A DNA stretch of 64,000 nt, taken from assembly GCF_036321535.1 (NCBI RefSeq), contig NC_087436.1:47556001-47620000 (forward strand), read 5' to 3'. The translations under genes and the position numbers were made by a program. Source of the DNA: Camelus dromedarius (Eukaryota). The notes under the pieces were generated by a model. The model was given only the letters and a program-made list of their open reading frames with translations. It did not search any database and was not told the DNA's origin. Positions 53,091-64,000 of this stretch are shown piece by piece. Position 1 is the stretch's first letter, and each line of letters begins with the position of its first letter.

Positions 53091-54568
53091 ATCGTTAACG
53101 TAATAGCCATAACAGTGAATAGACATGTGCTTCAGTCTTGATATGCCTTCATTTTTTTATCTCTAGAATTAAATTTCCCTAGAGCAAAAGTGCTCTTTGT
53201 GTTTGGTGGCAACACTATGCAGAAAACTCTAGCCATTGTCACTATGCAGTAAAAGAGGAGCAAAGACTTTGGAAACTGGAAAGACTCCCCAATGGGAATT
53301 AAGCCCTTGTGTTTTACAGAAAAGATACTAAATAGGGATAATAAGCATTATTGTTTTCAAAGAAGTATATTGTTTCTTGTTTTTCATGTGTTTTGAGGCA
53401 AAGATGTCAAACTGTAAGTCCTGGAGACCTGGTAATATATTTTTTAAGAAAGATCTTACTATTTCTGGCAATTTCATCTTTTCTGTGACATAGTCATTGT
53501 TTTTAGAAAGTGGCATTAGTCTCCATTTAATTTATATACAAACTGGATTGGATGTGTGCTATGCCTACCATGATCCCAGAAGTGGTAGGTGTTAGCTGAT
53601 TACCATCCTAATTTTTAGTGACCAGTTTTCCAAAATACAAAACAAGACCTAGTAAAGAATATAAGAAGCATTAACAAATTAGCTTATTAGTCCCAAACCT
53701 TTCTGTGCATCCAAGAGAATACTTTCAAAATTATCTGTACTTACTTGAGTCTTCAAGGTAAAAAAAAATAAATAAAGCTTTAAGTCCTCAAACGTTAAGA
53801 GAAGCATTCTTTTCCATTCATGTCTTTATAATTTTATGCTTATTTGTATCCATTTAGAAGGCTAATTCATGCTAATACACCTACAGGGAAAATTCTTATC
53901 TGTGCATACTTTTATTTTCATTGCTAGAGCTTTCCAAATGTAACCAAACAGAAAAGTAAGATAACCCATTCATAGATAATATTCTTAATTTAGAGTTGTT
54001 ACTCTTTGTGGTCTAACGTATACATTTACAACCTATTCATACTGAACATCAAAAAAGGAAAAAAAAATTGAGAGTGGAGTGGGACCAGTAACAACAATTA
54101 TTGAAGGGAAATTTTTACTTTCTCAGACTTTCTGAGTGTTAGTTATCATCCTAAACTTTAAGTGGGCAACAAAATGTAAATTCTCTCCTAGATGAGAGAA
54201 TGAGGTTCCTTTCCAAACTATGAACTCTTTCTGGGATCTGGGTCACTGTATATACTGTATACCTTCAGCAGTGGGATAAGTTGGTGTTTTTTTAACTAAG
54301 ATTTTACAGGGCAAAGAATTTCCACAGACTATTCTGGTATTATGATCACTGTTAATGTGGTGATGAAAAGCATGTAAATGGACTGCAAGGAGAGGTTTTG
54401 TTTGAATTTCCCTATTGGGTTGTTAGAGGTAAGAAGTGTTTTGGATTATCAGCAACTTCCTATGCCTAATAGTTTGTGAAACAGCAGTGTGTTTGGTTTT
54501 GTTTTATTTCTAAGAGATTCTCTGAATGGAAATGTGAAATATAGGGAGTAAAGTTATGAAGGTCATTT

Positions 54569-54656
54569 CCTCCCTCCCTCCCTCCCTCCCTCCCTCCCTC
54601 CCTTCCTTCCTTCCTTCCTTCCTTCCTTCCTTCCTTCCTTCCTTCCTTCCTTCCTT
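54569..54656. repeat. Compound (CCCT)~8(CCTT)14 tetranucleotide microsatellite
   Basis: Pure repeat, seen directly. Confidence 0.95.
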
Positions 54657-54726
54657 CTTTTTAATGGAGGTACTGGGGATTGAATCCAGAACTCAACCAT
54701 TGAGCTGTATCCTCCCCCCCCCCCCC
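54569..54726 (-). mobile_element. Camelid Vic-1-like SINE, internally deleted, with microsatellite tail
   Basis: atggaggtactggggattgaatccag...ccattgagctgtatcc+C-run. TSD atg(a/c)aggtcattt at 54556-54568 and 54727-54739. Confidence 0.85.
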
Positions 54727-55269
54727 ATGCAGGTCATTTTCTTAGTTAATTGAGAGAACATTTAATCACTGTGTTTATTGGCCTGTCATTCTAACTGTGA
54801 AAATCTTGAGCATGGAAACTGGCTTATCTTTCAGGTCTCAGCTCAGCTCAAATTGAATTTCTACAGAGAAGGGTTCTCAGACTCTACCTCCACCTATATT
54901 TTCTCTCAAAATAATGCTTATGACAGTTTTTTAATTCTGTAGAATATAATTCATGAGTGTGGTTGCATTAACCTTTATAAACTTCTTTCTTCCTTCAAAC
55001 TACTAAAAAGAATCCATAATTTTACATGCTCCTCAATCCTAGATCAACTCCTACATGTTTGTGATGAAATTTGCTGAAGGTTAACAGAATCTACACGATA
55101 TGGAAGTAAGAGAGAGTGAAGGGAATGGGGATGGTGTGACGAAAGGAAGGAGGTTACAGAGCAGTTGCTATAGAGTAATAAAGTGTATCTTGATATTTGC
55201 CACTAAACATATGTATATATATGAATATGTTTATATCTATATTTATATGTTACTGTTATTTATTAGAAC

Positions 55270-56530
55270 ATTCTCTAACACTATATACAAAAATTATCTC
55301 AAAATGGATTAAAGACCTAAACGTAAGACTGGACACTATAAAACTAGAGGAAAACATAGGCAAAACACCCTTTGACGTAAACTACAGCTATATTTTTTTG
55401 GATCCATCTCTTAAAGCAAAGGAAACAAAAGCAAAAGTAAACAAATGGGAACTAATCTTTTCATAGTAAAGGAAACCATTGACAAAATGAGAAGACAACC
55501 TACTGGATGGGAGAAGATATTTGCAAATGATATAACCGATAAAGGATTAATAACCAAAATATATAAACAGCTCATACAACTCAACATCAAAAAAAAAAAA
55601 AAACCTAATTAACAAATGGGCAGAAGAATGAATAGACATATTTCCAAAGAGGAGATGCAGATGGCCAACAGGCACATGAAAAGATGCTCAACATCATTAA
55701 TCATCAGGGAAATGCAAATTAAGACCACAATGAGGGATCACCTCACACCTGTCAGAATGGACATCATCAAAAAGACCACAAATAACAAATACTGCCAAGG
55801 ATATGAAGAAAAGGGAACCCCTGTACACTGTTGGTGGGAATGTAAATTAGTGCAGCCACTGTGGAAAATAGTATGGAGGTTCCTCAAAAAACTAAAAGCA
55901 GAACTACCATATGACTCAGCAATTCCACTCCCAAGAGTATATCTGAAAAAAACAAAAACACTAATTTGGAAAGATACATGCACCCTAGTGTTCACAGCAG
56001 CATTATTTACAATAGCCAAGATACGGAAGCAACCTAAGTGTCCATCAACAGATGACTGGATAAAGAAGATGTGGTATATATATACAATGGAATACTACTT
56101 AGCCATAAAAAGAACAAAATTTTGCCATTTGCAGCAACATGGATGGACTTGGAGGGCATTATATGTAGTGAAATGAGTCAAACAGAGGAAGACAAATACT
56201 GTGTGATGTCACTTATATGTGGAATCTTAAAAATACAACAAACTAGTGAATATAACAAAAAAGAAACAGACTCACAGATACAGAGAACAAACTAGTGGTT
56301 ATCAGTGGGGAGAGGGAAGGAGGAGGGGCAATATATGGGTAGAGGATTAAGAGGTACAAACTATTAGGTATAAAATAAGCTACATGGATATATTGTACAA
56401 CATGAGTAATATAGTCAATGTTTTATAATAACTCTAAGTGGAGTATAATCTTTAAAAATTGAATCACTGTATTGTACATCTACAACTTACATAACATTGT
56501 ACAGCAACTATATTTCAATAAAAATACTAA
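55270..56530 (+). mobile_element. 5'-truncated L1 (ORF2 C-terminus, 3' UTR, A-rich tail)
   Basis: ORF 55616-56176 is the L1 ORF2 C-terminal cysteine-rich region ([14 protein letters not shown]...[10 protein letters not shown]). ORF 55197 has KWIKDLNVR. Confidence 0.95.
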
Positions 56531-58778
56531 AAATACGGTTCAAATCTCATACCATAAAATATCCATATAAACTGGATAGGAATAGATTAGACTGAAAACT
56601 ATTTCAAAAATTTACAAATTTTCTTTCTTTCAGGGTGTTTTATTGCTATCATATAACTTGGCTATAAGTAATAGCCCATAAGAGAACTTTGTATTTTTGG
56701 CAAGTCTTTGGCAAGATACTTTGATTCTTTTCAGATGATAATTTTCTGGAAAAATGCAACCATTCTAGCGAAAAGTAATATAAAAATAAGAAATAAGTGC
56801 AGATAATTACTTATATAATTCTAAATAGTCTACCAGGAAACAGAGTTAATGAACTTGGAGGAAAGCATTTTAGAGAGAGAGCTATTTAAACAATAGAAAT
56901 AAAATATAAAATTAACCATAAAATCTCTGTATTTGAAAAGTATAAAAGTTTGAGTGGCTCAGGTTCCCTCATATAATACTTAAGGAATTTTCACTTATAT
57001 GGAAATTAGATTGGATCTAACTGCTTAAGATGTATCTTTATTTTACAGGAAGATTTCCTAAAGTCAGACTACCTCCCTAACTCTGTTTCTAAATAATAAA
57101 AAGCATTACCAGTTACAGTATGAGCCCTGACTCAGACTTCAGGCAAAAATAGAAAGTAAAAGAAAATGAAGATCATGTTTAACATAATGCCGCCACTGGA
57201 CCATTCATCAGTTCATCATTTTCTGGGCTGTTTTCTTTGGAAAGATCTGTCATACAGCTGGCTATTTTGTGAGACTGAAAGCACTGAGGAGGGCAGAAGT
57301 GTGTTCCAACAAGATGTAGACCGCTGATGATAGTTCAATTAATATTTTATATTTTCTTTATACTCTCAAATCTTTCATCAAAGGACAGATTTAGGAGAGT
57401 TCAAAGGATGATTTTGATTGTAATAACTATGAGAGGTAAAAACATTCATTGATCTTAGAGGAAAAATTAAGCTGTGCAAAACCAGTGTTTTTCTGAGTTA
57501 AATGTGAAGGCAGAGCAAGGGTTGATAGTTAATCTTTTGAACAGTTCATTAGTCAATACTGGGGTCTTAACTTCTAATTTCATAAGAGAAATTATTTGTA
57601 AGAAGGGGTCTATCTAAAACTTCAGAAGTGTCTTCAAAATACTTTCTCTGAAGGCTCTATCAAGGCAGAAATTGTATGACATGACTCAGTAATAACTTAT
57701 TATACTAAGTGAGAGGCTTTTGGCTAGCAAACCTAAGTTCGGTTACAAATCATGGTTCAAATGCCGTTTTGAAAGGGGAAGCATGTTGGACAAACTGCAC
57801 AAGGTAGAGGCCCTGCTCAAAAGGAGAGTTCAGGAAGTGAAGCTGCTTCCTCATTCATAATGCTAATGAAAGGAAAATCCTAGGACTTGGTTTAGATAGA
57901 TTAATGGGCTGCTATATTTTAAAACTGTTGACAGTTTATTTTGGCACTTCAAGAAGCACTATAGCATTCATGCACAGTAAATTATAAGTGATTAGTGATC
58001 ATCCGATTTAGAATGAGCTAATGGTGTGTTTGTGTCAGAGAACTTAATTTATGCAATCATGTTCCTGACACTAAGCAAACATGCCAGGTTTGGGGAAGTA
58101 TGAAATAGCCATACAAGAACCCAGGGGGTGAACATGGTGGTAATCAAGCCATAAAGACACTGACTACCTTTCATGTTGTAATTTGCATGAGTGTATTTGA
58201 GGTCAAAGAGCAGAAGCTGTTCTCCAGCATCTGTCACACAAACCCATGAATTTCGTTTTGTTTGTTTGTTTGTTTTTAGAACATAAAAAGTTCAAAAAGC
58301 ATAACAGCTGGACTACAGTGTTTGCTGGGTTAAGCCTCTTCCTTACTCCATATTCTTCTGTATAGATTTGCAGGAGTCCTATTCTCATGTTTTGTGACTT
58401 CAATCTCTAGAAGATATTATAGGATAAAATTGGATCATTCTTTAGAAATAAATGTCTTGTAAGGCAATTATTTAATTCCAAACCACTATCACGCTACATT
58501 TAGCTTTCCCTCCCAAGGAAATGATATTCAGGAAATTGGCCATGGTCCTATTTCTGTAAGACTAAGTCCTTTCTGTTTTATGAGGTAGACATTGTAGGAG
58601 TCTTCTCCCATTGTTCTTTGGATGCACAGCACAGATCCCCTTTTTGATTCACCTTTTCTGCTCCCTTGAAGGTTTCATTCTATGTAGCATTGGCATCAGA
58701 TAGGATACTTCATTCAATCACTTACTTATTCAGTAATATTTACTCAATATGGACTATGTGCCGGACATTGCCATAGGC

Positions 58779-58945
58779 CTGTGCTTTCCAGTAGGGAAGC
58801 CATCACATGTGCCTACAGAGCTCTTGAAATATGAACAATCTGAATTGAGATATGCTCTAGGTACAAAATACACACTGGATTTTACAGATAACACATGAAA
58901 AGAAAATAAAATAGTGTATTAAAATTTTTATATTGGTTATGATTT
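58779..58945 (+). mobile_element. MER33/MER3-like hAT MITE fragment
   Basis: cacatgtgcc...tctgaattgagatatgctctagg tacaaaatacacactggatttt, similar to the copy at 29148. Confidence 0.7.
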
Positions 58946-59164
58946 AACATGTAATCAATACAAACCTTGCTGAGAAACAATAAAAGCAGCAAATATTGTT
59001 TTACTTGGAAATAACTACAGAGCATGGATATTGAGGTTCTGAGTGTCTATTGGAGCTAGACTGTCATTGGCACAAGGTGAAAACCATAGAGTTCCCTCAT
59101 GGCCAGAAACTTACCTAAATGCAGAGATCCTAAGAGAAAATATATTGATCCAAATATGTCCCCT

Positions 59165-59614
59165 TTAGTGGGTTGAATGGTGGCCCCCTCAAAAGATATG
59201 TCCCTATCTAAATCTCTGGAAGTTGTGAATACAACCTTATTTGCAATAAAAGTCTTTGCAGATGTAATCAAGGATCTTTAGATGAGATCATCCTGATTAT
59301 CTGAGTAAGCCCTAAATCCAGTAACAAGTGTCACTTAGAGATAAAGAGGAGAAGACAGAAATACAGAAGACAAGTCCATGTGAAGAAGGAAACAGAGTTT
59401 GGAGTGAGATAGCCACAAGCCAAGGACAGTGTGGAGCTACCAGGAGCTGGAGGAAGTGAGGGAGGATTCTCTCCTTACAGCCTTCAGAGGCAGAGCCCTC
59501 AGTGGCTCTGCTGACACTTTGATTTTGGACTTCTGACCTCCACAACTGTGAGGGAATAAATTTCTGTCTTGTGTCTGTGGTAATTTGTTAGGCAGTTGTA
59601 AAAAAACTAACACA
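59165..59614 (+). mobile_element. MaLR solo LTR (MLT1C-like)
   Basis: tagtgggttgaatggtggcccc...gtctttgcagatgtaat...gattttggacttctgacctcca...aataaatttctg...aactaacaca. Confidence 0.9.
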
Positions 59615-59899
59615 CTCTTGTTTCCCCCTAAATCACGTGGATTATATAAATCACTCCTATTTACCTTTTGAAAGTCTGAAAGAATTACTCTAATCTAAGG
59701 TCCTTCATATAGAAACAAAGATACTCCTTCCTATAAAAGGATGGTCATTTTGCACTTTATTCTGTAGTTCAGTTGAACCCTTTACTCACGTTATTTCCCA
59801 TGTTCTTATCCTTAGTCTGTGACAAACCCTGTCCAAAATCTTCTTAAACCCTACTCCAAGATGGAAATAACTCCTTCACACATTGCTCTACATGTCATT

Positions 59900-60830
59900 C
59901 CTATTTATTTCATTTATTCAACAGATATTTTTAGAGTCATATCTATATGATTATAAAATGCAATATTTTTCTTGGGATACATTGTGAACAAAGCAAAGAT
60001 CTCTATTCTGCCAGATCTTAATTTCTTGTCGAGGCAGAGACAATATATAATAACTATAAATAATAGAGCATATAATAGACTAATAGGTGTTATGGAGCAC
60101 AGGAAAAGTAGAGCAGCCTAAGTGAACTCTGGAGTACTAGGGGTGGGAAGCTGGTTGTAGTATTAATTAAGGTGGTCAGAGTGGGCCTCATTGAGAAGAT
60201 GACATTTGAGCAGAGACTTGAAGGAGATGAGGTGCTAGCCAAGCAGGTTATCTTTGGGAAGAGCATTTCAGGTAGAACAACTACAGGTGCGAGCATCCCT
60301 GGTGTGTGTGAGACGCCAAAGTTACAGCAGCAGAGTGAGCAAGGGACAAAATGGTAGGAGAAGAGGTTCAGTGGGTAGCATGTAGGACTCATTAGGCCAT
60401 TGTAAGGATTTGGTATTTCTTTTGGGTAAAAGAGGGAACACTTTAGAGGGTTTTGAGCAGGGGAAAAATATTCTGACTTAAATTTTAAGTCCTTTTGACT
60501 ATGGTGTTGCGAATGGGCTCTTGAGGTGGTGGGGGTAGGAGCAAAGATAGAAACAGAGACCTGTTAAAAAGATGTTGCAATTTAGAAATAATGTTGACTC
60601 AGATCTAGGAGGTCAGTGGAGGTGATGAGAAGAAGTGGTATTATGTATGTAATTTGAATGTATAGTCAGCAAGAATTTTGATAGATTAGATGTAGGGTAT
60701 GAAAGAGTGAGAGAAATCAAGGTTGAGTCCATAAATTTGGCTGGAACATCTGGAAGAATGGAGATGCTTTCAATAAAATAGGAAAAACTGTAGGGAGAGT
60801 AAATTTTTTGGGGTGTATGTTATTATTCAT
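59900..60830 (-). mobile_element. L2 (L2a-like) 3' ~0.9 kb
   Basis: ttattcaacagatattt tail; ggcctcattgagaagatgacatttgagcagagacttgaagga; gagggttttgagcagggg. Confidence 0.85.
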
Positions 60831-60989
60831 TTCCAAGTGAATTTTCTCATTATAATATAATTAGCCTGAGCTAGTGGCTCCATCAGCAAGGAAGTTAGGA
60901 GTGATGCATGCACAGTTCAGTCCCCATTGGACTCTAGGGTGTTCTTGGCTCACTTCATTATTGTAATGGCAACGATCCAACTTTCTTGT

Positions 60990-61346
60990 AGTTGACCTCT
61001 TATGAGTCTGACTCTGTGAAATCCTGAGGACCTGTATATGGTCTCTTGGAATTACTGATTTCATACTTAGAACTTCTCCTAACTGATCTTCATTCCTTTC
61101 CTCCTCTAACATGATAGACTCTCTTTTTAATTCATGATAGCTGCATTACATATTTTTTTCTGAATAGCATCCCAATTTGCTTTCAAGGAATCCTCTCACC
61201 TATTTTTTCCCCACATTATTGATTATCATCTTAGTGAAAGTTAGAACCTGCTGCTTCAGCCTCCCATTCATTCTCTGATCCTACAATATCCTTCCAATAA
61301 ATTTCCTTTCCTTAAAACAGTCAAAGTTGGTTTTCATGATTACAAT
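60990..61346 (+). mobile_element. Old MaLR LTR fragment
   Basis: ccaataaatttcctttcctt...gttggttttc...gataca, an LTR-like 3' end. Confidence 0.45.
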
Positions 61347-62434
61347 GAAGAAAACTGGCAGATACATAAATCTTTATTTAAATGAGAGAAGGGATAAAAT
61401 TTATTTTTTTAACATTAAAATTCCATATTACAAAGGTTGCTGGATACTCATTTCAGAAAAGTAATTTATATATCTTATGCAGTTTTATGTGCAACAATCC
61501 TCATGAATTTTAATCCTATAACATCGTCAACAAATTTATAGTTCAATGTGATGGCCCCTAGTGAGATCCCTAAGCCGAGTTTTCTTTGCTCAGACTATTT
61601 AAACTCAATTGGGTTCATGAGATTAGTTGTCTCCATAAAGACAGGTCTGAAGGGGATTTTGTGTGGAATCATAATTCAATCACCATTGGCATATGTTCAG
61701 TCATTTCATATCCTTCAACTTTGTCTCTGAGCTGATGATTTATTCTTCTTTTCATCTTAACATAGGTTTATTTTTAGTGCTTTCTTCAGCCCTTCAAATT
61801 GTTCAATACGGCGAATACAGCAATACAGTCAACCCTAAGGAGAAAATGTTGCTATTTATTTCTTTTCTTTTAGATCCTGAGTCTACTTATTTTTTAGATC
61901 CTGAGTTTAAAGCTGAGTCATTATGATTATCTTCCGGGTCCAATGGATCACTTTTATTAAAAAAATTTTTAGGTCATTTAACAAAGAAATTGTAGAAGTA
62001 AGAATAAGGTAGATAGTGAAAAGTAGTGATATTAAAATTTTAATAAAAATTTAAACATCACTTTCATTGTCAAATACAATATTTTTGAAAACTCTAGTGA
62101 CTTAATTTTGTTGAAGAGAGAATTGCTATCTTCCTTCTTCCATAATTACAGAACATTTTTATTTTTAGCTTTATAAACACCAATTAGGATGATTATCTCA
62201 ATGAATTTTTAAATTTATACTTTATATATTTCCTTCCAATTATCTTTGTATGCAGAGCTTCTCTAGTATTTTTTCATTTATGAATCATAAAATGAATTTT
62301 AGTGCATGAACATCCCCAAATGAGAAAACTTGTATCTTTAGAATAACAGTATGGTCTAGGTTCTTGTTGTGAATTATGGCAATTATTGTCTTTCCTGTTA
62401 AGTGATTAGCTGGATAAGAATATCATATTTTCTG

Positions 62435-62650
62435 ATTGTCAAGCACTGTTCTAAGCATTTTAAATGTATTGTGATTTAATCATTTAATCTTCACAGCAAC
62501 TGTATGGAGTAGGCACTATCAGTATCCCATTTTATGAAGGAGTAGACTGAGGTACATAGAAGAGCAGTAACTTGTTCAAGATCCCATAATTAGTGAGTGG
62601 CAGAGCCAGATTCATACCCAGGCAATCTTCTCTTAAGCACTACCCTCAGT
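62435..62650 (-). mobile_element. MIR SINE
   Basis: aagcactgttctaagcattt...tttaatcttcacagcaac...actgaggtaca...gtggcagagccagattcatacccagg. Confidence 0.85.
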
Positions 62651-63204
62651 CTCTATAAAAATAAACAGCCTAAACATACGCCCACAGATCTTGTAACATT
62701 CTGGAAACAGCAGTATTCAAAATGTAGGACAAGCCTTTAGAGAGGGCTGTGCAGAGCTTCCCAACCATGTGCATCACAAGCGGTTAACAGGTCTCTTAGT
62801 ACAGTGATTCTGTCATCTACGGGCAGGCTTCTCTTGGCCCATGAGTGGATACCTCAATTTACCCATGCGTGCTGCGTTATTTTCTGTGTAATATGACATG
62901 AAAATGGTCAAGAACTACTAGTTTTTCTGTACTAGTATCAACTACTAGTATATCATCAGGGCCCATTGGACCCAATATTAGTTTTCAAGTTTCTTTTTTT
63001 GGTCACAGTATTTGTAAATATTGATATTTCATGAATTTTATCCTTTCTTATAGACCTTCCACAGAACAAAGAGAAATGCTAACAAAACGAGGGAGGCTGA
63101 ATGTATGAAAGAGAGAAGAGTCAAAGATCAGATTCACTCGTAGGGTAGGAAGTGAGGGCTGAAGGGGGTTCACATGGAGGCATTACTTTGGATTAATGCG
63201 TTGA

Positions 63205-63380
63205 CTTATTCATTCAACAAATATTTATTGATCACCTACTATTTACTGGGCCCTTGTCAGAGTCATGATAACACAGTGAATATTATAGACATGGGTCCCA
63301 ATCCTCATGAAGCTTAGAGTGTAGCAGCAAATATGGAAATGAAACCAGTAATTACAAGCGTGATAAATGTTATGAAAAGA
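63205..63380 (-). mobile_element. L2 3' terminus
   Basis: attcattcaacaaatatttattgatcacctacta...cctcatgaagcttaga. Confidence 0.8.
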
Positions 63381-63399
63381 AAAACGTGTTTCTGGAGCT

Positions 63400-63885
63400 C
63401 CTTCCCTAAATCCGTCTACTCTGCTTTAAGCATCTGTGAACCCTAGGGCTTTCTCCTGTGTCCTCTTACCTTTCCATTCAAAACCTCTCTTAGGAATCTC
63501 ATCTAAATCCAAGTCACTCAGCCACTATACATGTTTGCTAAATATGCATCTCTTGCTCTGTTTCTCTCCTGAGATTTAGACTGATATATTCAGCTGCCTG
63601 TTTTGACTTTACCCACTGAGGTCTAGTCAGCATTTCAAACTCAACTTGACTGAAAATGAACTCATTTTTTCCTCAAAAGCTGTTTCTCCAAATATACTCC
63701 CGATGTTAATGAATGGAAGCGTGATCCACCCATTTCCCAAGTAAAAAGCCTAGAAGTTTCTAAAGACACCTCCATCTTCTTCAGCTCCAATCTCTGATGA
63801 CCATAGTTCCATCAATTGATTGTTTCCTTTTTCTCTGTCTTATTTTAGGCCATCATTGGTTTTTACCTGTATCACTGCATTTACA
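63400..63885 (+). mobile_element. L2 fragment
   Basis: tctctcctgagatttagactgatatattcagctgcct...gcatttcaaactcaac...tgaactcat. Confidence 0.75.
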
Positions 63886-64000
63886 TTTTGTGCTAAATTA
63901 CACAGGCAAATGGTAGAGTTCCTGATTTACTTACGTGTTTTTAGTTTTATCACTTTTGATCAGAGACTCAACTTTGCTACTCCTGGTTTTTGAGATTTTC

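Noticed and set aside
54556..54753. ORF with LPSF repeats
   Set aside because: It is the translation of a (CCTT)n microsatellite plus SINE.
55616..56176. 186-aa ORF as a host gene
   Set aside because: It is the L1 ORF2 C-terminus in a 5'-truncated, frameshifted copy.
934..58190. Scattered octamer motifs (ATGCAAAT/ATTTGCAT, e.g. 934, 2722, 10877, 12011, 27388)
   Set aside because: They are dispersed, several are expected by chance in AT-rich DNA, and I saw no cluster or Sox-Oct composite.
63053..63144. Plus-strand exon candidate after a pyrimidine tract
   Set aside because: All frames hit stops, the peptide is unrecognised and the donor is mediocre. It cannot be supported without RNA data.
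1..64000. CRISPR array, operons or other prokaryotic systems
   Set aside because: I saw no regularly spaced repeats or gene-dense ORFs. The sequence is mammalian repeat-rich DNA.

Overview
This is AT-rich, CpG-depleted mammalian nuclear DNA (intronic or intergenic), not prokaryotic. Two tRNA-derived SINEs of the Vic-1 type (5231-5368, about 54569-54726) point to a camelid (alpaca, llama or camel). Much of the window is fossil transposable elements: L1 fragments of several ages, L2, MIR, two ancient CR1/L3 relics, MaLR (MLT1) and ERVL LTRs, a decayed ERVL-like internal region with recognisable gag, protease and RNase H/integrase remnants, a near full-length Tigger1, and hAT/Tc-mariner MITEs. 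I recognise no protein-coding gene, functional RNA gene, CpG island or CRISPR array. Nearly all ORFs in the track are chance or repeat-derived. A few exon-like segments, mostly on the minus strand, are listed as low-confidence leads. I found no convincing evidence of a novel biological system. Repeat subfamily names come from remembered consensus sequences and need RepeatMasker/Dfam confirmation. Boundaries without TSD or TIR evidence are approximate.
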